Source of the DNA: Clostridiales bacterium | GTDB lineage: Bacteria; Bacillota; Peptococcia; DRI-13; UBA5745 | DNA length: 64,000 bases | NCBI GenBank assembly: GCA_009782505.1 | Contig: WRIW01000002.1 | Span: 57,360 to 121,359 of the forward strand | Direction of reading: 5' to 3' | Part shown: positions 25,582-36,130 of the stretch, piece by piece | Layout of the letters: the number at the start of each line of letters is the position of its first letter | Position numbering within the stretch: the stretch's first letter is position 1 | Translations under genes and position numbers: made by a program | Notes under the pieces: model-generated | The model's input: the letters and a program-made list of their open reading frames with translations, nothing else | Database searches by the model: none | Told to the model about the DNA's origin: nothing

Positions 25582-28500
25582 GAATATTTGATTTTTCCGT
25601 AAAACGACCCGTGGCCGTGACCATGATCGTGCTCATCGTCGTGATATTAGGCGTCGTGTCCTTAAGCCGCCTGGGTATGGATTTATTTCCGGCGATGGAG
25701 CTGCCCATGCTGCTTATCCAGACCAGATACAGCGGAGCCGGCCCCCAGGAGATAGAGGAGCAGGTCACCCGCCCCCTTGAGGCGGCGGTGGGCACGGTGG
25801 GCGGCGTACAAAACATCACCTCGTATTCCAGCCGGGGAAGCTCCATGCTCCTGGTGGAATTCGACTGGGGCGCGGATCTGAACTACGCTACCAACCAGAT
25901 GCGGGACCGCCTGGACATGTATAGCGCGGCGCTGCCTTCGGACGCGTCGAAGCCCACGATCATCAAGCTCGATCCAAGCTCCATGCCCATCATGCAGATA
26001 GGCATATCCGGCGCCGCCACCCTGGAAGAGCTGACGGACTACATGCAGACCAGGATACGGCCTTACCTGGAGCGCATAGACGGCGTCGCCTCAGTGAATG
26101 AATCCGGCACCGTTACCGAAGAGATACGAATCACCACCGACCCTCAGCGCCTGCAGGCATACGGCGTCAGTATGAACCTGATCATGGCGCTGCTCCGTCA
26201 GGAAAACGCCAACGTAAGCGCCGGCCGGGTAGAAGAAGGTATGATCGACCACGCCGTCCGGGTAGTAGGCGAGTTTACCGACGTCGAAGATATCCGGAAT
26301 CTCCAGATCCAAAGCGCTTACGGCGGCTATATACCCCTCCACAGCCTGGCTTCCATCGAGCGGACGGTGAAAGACCGCAACAGCTTCGTCTATATCAACG
26401 GCAAACCCGGGATAAACGTATCCCTGATGAAGCAAAGCGACGCCAATCTGGTCCAGACTTCCGCGCGGGTCAGGGAAACGATAACCCAGCTTACGGAAGA
26501 GCTGCCGTCCGGCTATGAGATGTTCGTCGCTTTCGACCAGGCGGACTATATCAATCTGTCGTTGAGCAATGTCGTGAGCAGCGCCCTACAGGGCTGCGTA
26601 CTGGCTGTATTGATCCTTATACTATTCCTGCGCAGCTGGCGCAGCACGCTGATCATCGCCATCTCCATACCGGTGTCCGTGATCGCCGCTTTCGCGATGA
26701 TGTATTTCACCGACGTCACATTAAATATGATTTCCCTGGGCGGGCTGGCCCTGGGCGTGGGCATGATGGTGGACAACTCCATCGTGATCCTGGAGAATAT
26801 CTTCCGCTTCCGTCAGGAGGAAGGGGCAAACAACCTGGAGGCGTCCATCAACGGCGGCAAAGAAGTGGCGGGGGCGGTCATGGCTTCCACCATTACTACC
26901 ATCGTCGTCTTTCTTCCCATCGTCTTTGTGGAGGGGCTGGCTTCCCAGATATTCCGCCAGATGGCCCTGACCATCACCTGTTCTCTGCTGGCGTCCCTGG
27001 GCGTATCTTTCATCGCGGTGCCCATGTTGTCCAACAAACTCCTGATCAAGGAAAGGAAGAAAAAGGAAAACGAGAAATTCATGCCCTGGATCAAAGGATG
27101 GTACAGCCGTTTCCTGGCATGGTCCCTCCGGCATAAGGGCGTAGTGGTTCTATTCTTTACCGCGGCGTTGGCCGGCTCTATCTTCCTCCTGCCTTATGTG
27201 GGGATGGAATTCATCCCCGCCCAGGATACGGGGGAGTACTCGGTGAGCGTTTCGCTGCCAAGGGGCGTCGCCCTGCGGGAGACACTCAGGGTAGCGGAGC
27301 AAGTGGAAGCCATCCTCCACGAGATACCGGAGAACGAACGGGTCATGAGCAATGTCGGCGGAGGGGGGGGCGTATTTGGCCTGGGCCTGGGCGGCGGGGG
27401 CAGCTCAAGCGCTTCCTTCACCGGCTCCCTAGTCCCCCTGAGCCAGCGAAACCGCTCCATCGATGAGATAATGGACGATATAAGGGAGCGCCTCAGCGTC
27501 ATACCCGGCATCGAGTACGAGGTGTCTTCGGCCGGGGGCATGATGATGATGATGGGCAGCGATATCGTCATCTATCTGCTGGGGGACGACTTGGAGCAGC
27601 TAAGGATCATCGCCGACGCGGTAGCCCGGCGCATAGAGCTCATCGACGGCGCCAGGGAAGTATCCACCTCCCTGGAGACAGGCAATCCCGAAATCAACGT
27701 ATACGTAGACCGCCAGAAGGCGTCTCAGTACGGTTTGAACTCTTCCACCGTAGCCGCTACCGTATCGGCCGCGGTGAGCGGCATATCCCCCACGAAGCTA
27801 CGGGAAGGGGGCAAGGAGATGGATGTGAGCCTGATCATGGACGCCCGCTACCGGCAAAACCTCAATGATTTGGAAGCCCTGACCATCGCTTCTCCCATCG
27901 GCAACCTGATTCCCCTGGGAAATATCGCGGCGCTGAGCATCGAAACCAGCCCGGTGAGCATCGTCCGGCAAAACCAGAGCCGGCAGATATCCGTATCCTG
28001 TACCGTGGCGGGCAGGAGCCTGGGGGATGTGGCCGCAGACGTCCAGAGGGTGCTGGACGGGATGAATATCCCGCCGGAGGTGCGCATAGACACGGGCGGC
28101 AGTAACAGGCAGATGACAGACGCCTTCAGCGATCTATACATGGCCCTGGCTTTAGCCGTCGTCCTGGTTTACATGGTCATGGCCTTCCAGTTTGAGCAGC
28201 TGCTATATCCCTTCGTCATCATGTTTGCCCTCCCGCCTACCTTTATCGGCGTCATCCTGTGCCTCTTCCTTACCGGGAGGACGTTGAACGTGGTCTCGCT
28301 GATCGGCGTCATCATGCTTGTCGGCATCGTGGTCAACAACGCTATCGTACTGGTGGACTATATCAACACTTTGCGCCGCACGAAAGGCAAAGGCAGAGAG
28401 GAAGCCATCGTCGAAGCGGGGATCACCCGGCTCAGGCCGATCATGATGACAAGCCTGACGACCATACTGGCCATGCTGCCCATCGCCATCGGTATCGGCG

Positions 28501-28676
28501 AAGGCCAGGAGATGATGGCGCCCCTGGGTACCGTCGTGGCGGGCGGGCTCACCTTCTCCACGTTCATCACGTTGATTTTCGTTCCCTGTATGTATGTCTA
28601 CGCCGAAGACGTAAGCAACGGTATACGGAAGCTGTTCCGAAGGAAGCGGACAGCGGCGGAGGGCGGGGATGAGTAA
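25578..28676 (+). CDS. RND efflux permease (AcrB/HAE family)
   Basis: 1032 aa with 12-TM AcrB architecture. The GTG start overlaps the adaptor stop. Confidence 0.9.
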   Translation: MRIFDFSVKRPVAVTMIVLIVVILGVVSLSRLGMDLFPAMELPMLLIQTRYSGAGPQEIEEQVTRPLEAAVGTVGGVQNITSYSSRGSSMLLVEFDWGADLNYATNQMRDRLDMYSAALPSDASKPTIIKLDPSSMPIMQIGISGAATLEELTDYMQTRIRPYLERIDGVASVNESGTVTEEIRITTDPQRLQAYGVSMNLIMALLRQENANVSAGRVEEGMIDHAVRVVGEFTDVEDIRNLQIQSAYGGYIPLHSLASIERTVKDRNSFVYINGKPGINVSLMKQSDANLVQTSARVRETITQLTEELPSGYEMFVAFDQADYINLSLSNVVSSALQGCVLAVLILILFLRSWRSTLIIAISIPVSVIAAFAMMYFTDVTLNMISLGGLALGVGMMVDNSIVILENIFRFRQEEGANNLEASINGGKEVAGAVMASTITTIVVFLPIVFVEGLASQIFRQMALTITCSLLASLGVSFIAVPMLSNKLLIKERKKKENEKFMPWIKGWYSRFLAWSLRHKGVVVLFFTAALAGSIFLLPYVGMEFIPAQDTGEYSVSVSLPRGVALRETLRVAEQVEAILHEIPENERVMSNVGGGGGVFGLGLGGGGSSSASFTGSLVPLSQRNRSIDEIMDDIRERLSVIPGIEYEVSSAGGMMMMMGSDIVIYLLGDDLEQLRIIADAVARRIELIDGAREVSTSLETGNPEINVYVDRQKASQYGLNSSTVAATVSAAVSGISPTKLREGGKEMDVSLIMDARYRQNLNDLEALTIASPIGNLIPLGNIAALSIETSPVSIVRQNQSRQISVSCTVAGRSLGDVAADVQRVLDGMNIPPEVRIDTGGSNRQMTDAFSDLYMALALAVVLVYMVMAFQFEQLLYPFVIMFALPPTFIGVILCLFLTGRTLNVVSLIGVIMLVGIVVNNAIVLVDYINTLRRTKGKGREEAIVEAGITRLRPIMMTSLTTILAMLPIAIGIGEGQEMMAPLGTVVAGGLTFSTFITLIFVPCMYVYAEDVSNGIRKLFRRKRTAAEGGDE

Positions 28677-29262
28677 AGAGAAAGCCCAGAAGGGCCGCCG
28701 GGAAGAGATCATTCGCGCCGCCTTAGCTGCGTATGGCGAGAAAGGCATATACAATACGAGGATAGAAGAAGTAGCCGCCGCCGCCGGCATAGGGAAAGGC
28801 ACAGTCTACGAATACTTCCGCAGCAAGGAAGAGCTGCTGTCCGCCGCCATCCGCTTCGAGATGGAGGAGTCCGCCGGGCAGGTCAGGGAGAACGCCGCCA
28901 AGGAATCCACGGTGAGAGGCAAGCTGAAAGCCATCGTAGAGACGGTGATGCTCCGGCGCCGGGAGAACTGCTATCAGACGCTGGACATGAGCCTGGTGAA
29001 TATGGGGGGCAGCATGAAAGACCTCCAGAGCCTGGTCGTCGAGCAGAATGCCCTTTGGCAAGGCTGGCTGGAGGAGATCATCGATATGGGCGTGACCCGC
29101 GGCGAGATACGCCGGGTAGACGCCCGCGTATGCTTAGGCGCCGTTATGGGCGCTATCCTCTACCTGGTCCAGCCCTTGGGGAATTCGCCCTGGGACGATT
29201 TGTCGCCGGGTGAAGCCGCCCAGAGGGTCACCGACTTCTTCTTTGAGGGCATCGGGAAGTAA
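28669..29262 (+). CDS. TetR/AcrR family transcriptional regulator
   Basis: N-terminal HTH TRIEEVAAAAGIGKGTVYEYFRSKEEL. It overlaps the RND gene end by 8 nt. Confidence 0.9.
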   Translation: MSKEKAQKGRREEIIRAALAAYGEKGIYNTRIEEVAAAAGIGKGTVYEYFRSKEELLSAAIRFEMEESAGQVRENAAKESTVRGKLKAIVETVMLRRRENCYQTLDMSLVNMGGSMKDLQSLVVEQNALWQGWLEEIIDMGVTRGEIRRVDARVCLGAVMGAILYLVQPLGNSPWDDLSPGEAAQRVTDFFFEGIGK

Positions 29263-29275
29263 GAAACACAGCGGG

Positions 29276-29347
29276 GACGAACACAGTGGGGACGGTTCTT
29301 TTGTGTTTCTGCAAAAACACAAAAGAACCGTCCCCACTGTGTTCGTC
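29276..29347. repeat. Perfect 33-bp inverted repeat (72-nt hairpin) between convergent genes
   Basis: GACGAACACAGTGGGGACGGTTCTTTTGTGTTT (29276-29308), 6-nt loop, exact reverse complement at 29315-29347. The 3' arm overlaps the stop codon of the 29346..31286 gene. The left arm is preceded by a tandem partial copy, ACACAGCGGGGACGA. Confidence 0.85.
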
Positions 29348-31286
29348 AATAGCCTTCAAACGCTGAACTATACGGATCTTTCTTCGGGTCGTAGGATTTG
29401 CTGTCCGGATCCCTTGTCGCGTCGTAACGGGGGTTGCGGGGATCGACATAGGGGTCGTAGAAGGGGCTGTCCGGGTCTTTTCTCGCGTTATACAGCTCGC
29501 TGTCCGGGTCCACGACGGGGTCATACTCGGGGCTGTTTGGATCCTTCCGCGGGTTGTATCGGTAATATGGATTCACATTATAGATAGCCACAAGCTGCTG
29601 CTCCGCGTCGTACTCGGTCATCATCTCGAAGGATTCCGCGATGGCTCTGAGGGGCAGTACCGTCCGCCCGTCCCTGATCATAGAAGGGACGTCGCTGACG
29701 TATTGCTTCGGTTGTACATACCGCTCTGTGCGGTCGATGTATATGCTGCCGATTTTCGTCGATACGGTATAGTTCCGGCTTGTGATATAGAAGCTGGCGG
29801 TCTGGGTATCCTGATTCCAGTTGCTGACGGCGCCGACGGTATCGGCTATGGGCCGGGCGGTGAGCATGGTTCTGCCATTCTGGATGAAAGGGGCTACGTC
29901 CAGGTCTACGGAGTATCCGTTGATGGTAGCCTTTGTGTCGTCGATGGCGCAGAGCATGTACTTGTTCCAGTCGCGGCTGATGAAGGAGAAAGTACCCGCC
30001 TTAAGCAGCCGGCAAGCCGCCGCGCTGATACGGCCTTCCACATAAGCCTTCAGTTGCTCCTCCGTGCCTAACCCTACGGCATAACGCCCCATGCAGACGT
30101 TCCGCGAACTGAGGCTGAAGGAAAAGGCGCCGCCGCTGCTGGTGGTGAGGGTAGTGGTTTTATCCAGAGCGCCGGCGGTGACGTAAGCATGTACCAGATG
30201 CTGCTGCCGTATAGGTTCGCCCTCGGCGGACATGGCTATGCCGCTGATGATGATCTTGTCCCTGCCGGCCTCCGCCGTGGATATACCGAACCGGGCATTG
30301 CTGCCGTATTCGTAACCGATGGGCTTGGATAGGGACACGATGGTATGCTCCAGGCTGATGACGGGGGGCGGCTCTTCATCGTCTTCGTCGTCCCAATCAT
30401 CCCAGTCGTCGTCCCCGCCCAAGTCGAAGACATTTTCCGCCAGGTCGATGATGATGTTTTCGCTGAACTCCTGCCCGTCCACATTGCAGACGATCTCGGC
30501 GTCGCCCAGCGTATATCCGCGCACCACGAAGGAAACCGAACCGTTGCGGTCTGTGGTAAGGGTGATGGAGGAGCCGCGCCCATAGTTGCCCTCGGAAGTC
30601 CTGTTGGGGTAGAGCATGATGCCCGGGGCGTTGGAGTATACCGTTACCCGCTGGTTTGCTACCGGCTGGTCGATAGAGGTGCGGAGCCATATGGTGCCGA
30701 TGGCGTTGTCGCTGAAGCGGTCGTCCATGACGGCGATGGTATCCTTGTCAAACTCCATCTCGCAGTACTCCACGTCCAGGGCGCCGGATATGAAATACAC
30801 AGTAAAGATATCCTGGCCTTTGTCCGTCTGGATGATCCTGGCCTCGTCTTCGCCCAGCTCCCCCCTGAGGTACTTCGCCGCGGCGTCCCGGGAAGCGAGG
30901 GAGATGGCGATCTGGGACGCCCCCGGGCTGGAGCTGGTGATCTTCACGTCGTAGTATCCGCCTTCGTTGCGCCCCACTGAAATGTTGTCGTCCGGCCGGG
31001 AGGAAGCGCCAAATAAGGAAGCGCTGGTCACCGGGCCTTCCCCGGAAGAGTAGACCATGACCTCCAGCTCCACAGCGTCCCGGCGATCCGCCAGGGCCGT
31101 ATCCACGATGACATAGACCACGGAATTGTAGTGCTCCGGGGCAGCCTGGGCGGGTAAAGGCAGAAGCCCGCCGGATATGGCGACGAGAAAGGCGGTAAGC
31201 AGGGTGAGGCAGAGGGCGGAGACGGGCATAGCGCCGCGTCCCGGGAAATGGCCCGCTATCTTTTTTGCTGGGCTATATCTGCTCAT
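29346..31286 (-). CDS. Secreted/cell-surface protein: signal anchor, Ig-like region, acidic linker, two copper-amine-oxidase-like stalk domains and a C-terminal DP-repeat tail
   Basis: 646 aa with an N-terminal hydrophobic segment ending PAQAAP. An acidic linker DDDWDDWDDEDDEEPPP follows. The Cu_amine_oxidN1-like pattern occurs twice (NGRTMLTARPIADTVGAVSNWN; DGRTVLPLRAIAESFEMMTEYD). The tail has three ~22-aa (R/K)DP(D/N)SxxYDP units. Confidence 0.65.
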   Translation of the reverse strand: MSRYSPAKKIAGHFPGRGAMPVSALCLTLLTAFLVAISGGLLPLPAQAAPEHYNSVVYVIVDTALADRRDAVELEVMVYSSGEGPVTSASLFGASSRPDDNISVGRNEGGYYDVKITSSSPGASQIAISLASRDAAAKYLRGELGEDEARIIQTDKGQDIFTVYFISGALDVEYCEMEFDKDTIAVMDDRFSDNAIGTIWLRTSIDQPVANQRVTVYSNAPGIMLYPNRTSEGNYGRGSSITLTTDRNGSVSFVVRGYTLGDAEIVCNVDGQEFSENIIIDLAENVFDLGGDDDWDDWDDEDDEEPPPVISLEHTIVSLSKPIGYEYGSNARFGISTAEAGRDKIIISGIAMSAEGEPIRQQHLVHAYVTAGALDKTTTLTTSSGGAFSFSLSSRNVCMGRYAVGLGTEEQLKAYVEGRISAAACRLLKAGTFSFISRDWNKYMLCAIDDTKATINGYSVDLDVAPFIQNGRTMLTARPIADTVGAVSNWNQDTQTASFYITSRNYTVSTKIGSIYIDRTERYVQPKQYVSDVPSMIRDGRTVLPLRAIAESFEMMTEYDAEQQLVAIYNVNPYYRYNPRKDPNSPEYDPVVDPDSELYNARKDPDSPFYDPYVDPRNPRYDATRDPDSKSYDPKKDPYSSAFEGY

Positions 31287-31452
31287 ATGATGTGTACTCC
31301 TTCAACGAAATGCGCATACGGGCGGTTACCATAATTATATCGGTTCATGGCGGGAAATGCTATAGAATATCGAAAACCGGGCTTGCATTACTCCCGGGGC
31401 ATATATTAAGATGGGAACAGCGGCGAGAACTGCGATAAGAGAGGATAATCCC

Positions 31453-33297
<1,845 letters not shown>

Positions 33298-33350
33298 CGT
33301 ATTATGCCGGGCGCAAGGCGCCTATACCATAAGCCGGACGGGGGAAGCGT

Positions 33351-33701
33351 ATGGAACCGCGATATATCGATAAGTATTATATCGATGTGGACGCGTATGA
33401 TATGATCTATGGATATCGGGCAGATGATTCCTACCTGGCGATCGCAAAACAGTTTGCCCGGGGCGAAGTGGGCCTCAATATACTGGAACGATTACTGACT
33501 CTCGGATCCTTTGGCGTGCAGGTTTGCCTGAAGTCTCAACAAGCTTATACGCGACTGCGGTTCATTAACGTATATGAAGTAGATTACAAACTGTTTCATA
33601 CACCGTTTATGGAAAGGGACGCCGAAGCGCGGCGGCGTATGAAGGAGTTAGTCAATTCACCGGACAATGATTTAAGCCAAACGATAGAATCCATCATTTG
33701 A
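33351..33701 (+). CDS. Hypothetical protein; resembles only the C-terminal half of DUF3990-type proteins
   Basis: 116 aa. The YDMIYGYRADDSYLAIAKQF segment matches my recollection of the (Y/D)DxxxGPxADD block of DUF3990, and the N-terminal half seems absent. This is a low-certainty family call. Confidence 0.35.
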   Translation: MEPRYIDKYYIDVDAYDMIYGYRADDSYLAIAKQFARGEVGLNILERLLTLGSFGVQVCLKSQQAYTRLRFINVYEVDYKLFHTPFMERDAEARRRMKELVNSPDNDLSQTIESII

Positions 33702-34177
33702 GGCGATATATGAGCGATTATTTTAAAAATGACGGAAGACAACACCCGTATTCCTGGGTTTATTTAGATGAGGTATGCGAGACCCAGGAAGAATTGTTCA
33801 TGTCCATCAGAGACGAAATGCCGGGGATCGACGAAAAATGGTTCATCGATGCTTATCTGCGGTCGAAAACGAGGCTGCTCCTCGATAGCGGCAATCCGAT
33901 ACTGGCGAACCGCTCGGCAAGGGAATTGGCTTATACGTTTATCCATGAAGAAACGGGAGGAGAATACGCGCGGGGAAGCCAATGGGGAGGATTCCTTCCC
34001 GGATGGACCGGCTATATGTATGCGCTTTATCAATGGCTATATGCGACGCCCAGCGCGAGGGTGATCGAATTGTTCCCCCTCGGCGTGATGGAGACCCTTT
34101 GGGTTCCGTATCATACGATTGCCTACGAGGCGGCTGTAGAAAAAATGCATGAAAGGGTGAAGGATACAGCAATATGA
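33698..34177 (+). CDS. Hypothetical protein (possibly DUF3791-related C-terminus)
   Basis: 159 aa. The start overlaps the upstream stop (ATGA/TGA coupling). The family call is tentative and rests only on the usual pairing with DUF3990-type genes and the C-terminal ..YHTIAYEAAVEKM.. segment. Confidence 0.3.
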   Translation: MRRYMSDYFKNDGRQHPYSWVYLDEVCETQEELFMSIRDEMPGIDEKWFIDAYLRSKTRLLLDSGNPILANRSARELAYTFIHEETGGEYARGSQWGGFLPGWTGYMYALYQWLYATPSARVIELFPLGVMETLWVPYHTIAYEAAVEKMHERVKDTAI

Positions 34178-34710
34178 TGGATTTAAGCGACAAACTCAGA
34201 AACGCGGGCGTGTACGAATATGGTATCGTCGATTCCCGCGACGTGGAGTACCGCACCGACGTCCGCGCCATGTGCGAGGAGGACAAATGCCACAGGTACG
34301 CTAAATCGTGGGCGTGTCCGCCGGCAATCGGCACGGTGGACGAATGCCGCGACCGCGCTTGGAGTTACGACAAAATGCTCGTATTCTCACGCAAGTTCGA
34401 CCTGGAGGATTCCTACGACTTCGAGGGGATACGCGAGGCGATGAAAGGCTTCAAAGGTCTCGCCGAAAAGCTCGACGAGGAGTTGCGGTCCGTCTTCAAA
34501 GAGTATCTGATTCTATCGAACGAAGGCTGCGGCAAATGCGAAAGCTGCACATACCCCGACGCGCCCTGCCGCTTCCCGGACAAAGTGCACGGCTCGATAG
34601 AGGGCTACGGTATACTGGTCAGCGACCTCGCGAAGCTGGCGGGGGTGAAGTACTACAATGGCAAGGACACAGTGACATTTTTCGGGGCGGTATTGTTTAG
34701 TGAGAACTGA
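34174..34710 (+). CDS. DUF2284-type predicted metal-binding (Cys-rich) protein
   Basis: 178 aa with Cys clusters CEEDKCHRYAKSWACPP and CGKCESCTYPDAPCRFP, typical of this family as I recall it. It overlaps the upstream stop. Confidence 0.55.
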   Translation: MMDLSDKLRNAGVYEYGIVDSRDVEYRTDVRAMCEEDKCHRYAKSWACPPAIGTVDECRDRAWSYDKMLVFSRKFDLEDSYDFEGIREAMKGFKGLAEKLDEELRSVFKEYLILSNEGCGKCESCTYPDAPCRFPDKVHGSIEGYGILVSDLAKLAGVKYYNGKDTVTFFGAVLFSEN

Positions 34711-34726
34711 ACCGACTCTCCCCGCC

Positions 34727-35767
34727 TTATCTATTCTTTTTCATTTGCCTGCTCCATTTGGCGATAGCTTTGTTCTTCGCCCATTTGTCATGCAGGGCGG
34801 CAGTCTTGTCAACAGCGTATAACGCCTCGCGCTGGAGGTTGGTATAGTTGACCCATCTATCCGTAGACAGTTCTCCGCTGTCAATGGCTTTAAGAATAGC
34901 GCAGCCAGGCTCAGTTTCATGGCGGCAATCCGAAAAGCGGCAGGTACCCAACAACGCCTCCACATCGGCGAAAGTTTCACTGACGCCTTCACCCGCATCC
35001 CACATACCCAGGCTTCGCATACCCGGCGTATCAATTACCATCGCGCCGGATGGCAGCATAAACAGCTGGCGATGCGTTGTCGTGTGCCTGCCCCGGCTAT
35101 CGTCCGCGCGGATTTCATTTACCGCCATAACATCCTCGCCCATCAAAGCGTTAATCATTGACGATTTGCCTACGCCGGACATCCCGAGGAATACAACGGT
35201 CACGCCGGGCAAAAGATAGTCGCATAATTTATCGAAACCTACGCCGCAAACTACGCTTACGGGGACAATGTCCGTTTCGCCTGCGATTTTCTGCAAGGAG
35301 GCAACCTGCGTTTCATAGTTATCTATCAAGTCTGCTTTAGTCAGCACAATCACTGGAACTGCGCCGCTTTGGCGGGCAAGTACAAGATACCTTTCAACAC
35401 GATTGATATTGAAGTCCCGATTGAGCGACGTCATAATGAACACATAGTCGATATTAGCGGCGACAGCCTGATTACCTACATATGGGTCGCGGCGGATGAA
35501 CTGGCTTTTTCGTTGCAGCGTCCTGACGATCTGGCCATCGCCGCCGGCGCCTTCACGGAACCAAACAAAGTCCCCCACTGTAGGAAATGTTTCACTACCG
35601 TCGCCGTAGTATACTCCGGTTTTCAATCGGCTAAACCGGGAACCAAACGGCGTCATCAGTTCGTAGCGTTCTCTATGGACCGACGTGACCCTGCCGGGGC
35701 TTATACCCTCAGGCGGCGTTTCTATTTCAAAATAACCATATTTTTCTAAGTCTATCATTTGCTTCAA
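34727..35767 (-). CDS. rsgA: Ribosome small-subunit-dependent GTPase A (RsgA/YjeQ family)
   Basis: 346 aa with a circularly permuted GTPase (LTKADL ... GMSGVGKSS ... DTPG) and a C-terminal zinc knuckle CRFSDCRHETEPGC. Confidence 0.9.
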   Translation of the reverse strand: MKQMIDLEKYGYFEIETPPEGISPGRVTSVHRERYELMTPFGSRFSRLKTGVYYGDGSETFPTVGDFVWFREGAGGDGQIVRTLQRKSQFIRRDPYVGNQAVAANIDYVFIMTSLNRDFNINRVERYLVLARQSGAVPVIVLTKADLIDNYETQVASLQKIAGETDIVPVSVVCGVGFDKLCDYLLPGVTVVFLGMSGVGKSSMINALMGEDVMAVNEIRADDSRGRHTTTHRQLFMLPSGAMVIDTPGMRSLGMWDAGEGVSETFADVEALLGTCRFSDCRHETEPGCAILKAIDSGELSTDRWVNYTNLQREALYAVDKTAALHDKWAKNKAIAKWSRQMKKNR

Positions 35768-35861
35768 ATCTCTCCTGTATCGTTTTAGTTATAAGAATAC
35801 CGCGAAAACGCAGCCTCGTTTGAAGCTGCTGTTTCACGGTACAATGCCAACAATCTGGCTG

Positions 35862-35894
35862 ACGAAAAACGGGATACGACCTTCATCGTATCCC
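35862..35894 (-). terminator. Rho-independent terminator/attenuator ~100 nt upstream of rsgA
   Basis: Minus strand: GGGATACGA-TGAAGG-TCGTATCCC followed by GTTTTTCG. Confidence 0.7.
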
Positions 35895-36014
35895 GCTGAC
35901 AGCAGTATTCACGAAAGGTTACTATTGACGGCACAGCAAAACACTTGGGGGACGCCTTGTTATCTCCACGATAACGTACCCCGTTTGTTTGACGATGCTA
36001 TGCCAAATATCCAA

Positions 36015-36044
36015 TTATTCTAAAATCACCATAATAACCGACAT
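36015..36044 (-). other. Candidate 9-codon leader mini-ORF (MSVIMVILE) with strong SD
   Basis: Minus strand: AAAGGAG (36054-36060), 9-nt spacer, then ATG TCG GTT ATT ATG GTG ATT TTA GAA TAA. It lies between the 36093-36121 promoter and the 35862-35894 terminator. Confidence 0.35.
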
Positions 36045-36092
36045 TCAAAACAACTCCTTTCGGGATGGGATATCTCTGTACGAGATGAGCAT

Positions 36093-36121
36093 ATTGTAAA
36101 GCAGCAGCCAGGGATTGTCAA
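36093..36121 (-). promoter_or_regulatory. Near-consensus sigma-70-type promoter (minus strand) for the rsgA leader or a small RNA
   Basis: Minus strand: TTGACA (36116-36121), 17-nt spacer, TACAAT (36093-36098). Confidence 0.55.
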
Positions 36122-36130
36122 TGCGTACGT

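Noticed and set aside
31287-31452. Looked for an SRP (4.5S/scRNA) gene, which precedes dnaX in Bacillus.
   Set aside because: The 165-bp spacer shows only a short CCGGG..CCCGGGG hairpin. It has no SRP domain IV-like symmetric or asymmetric loop motifs.
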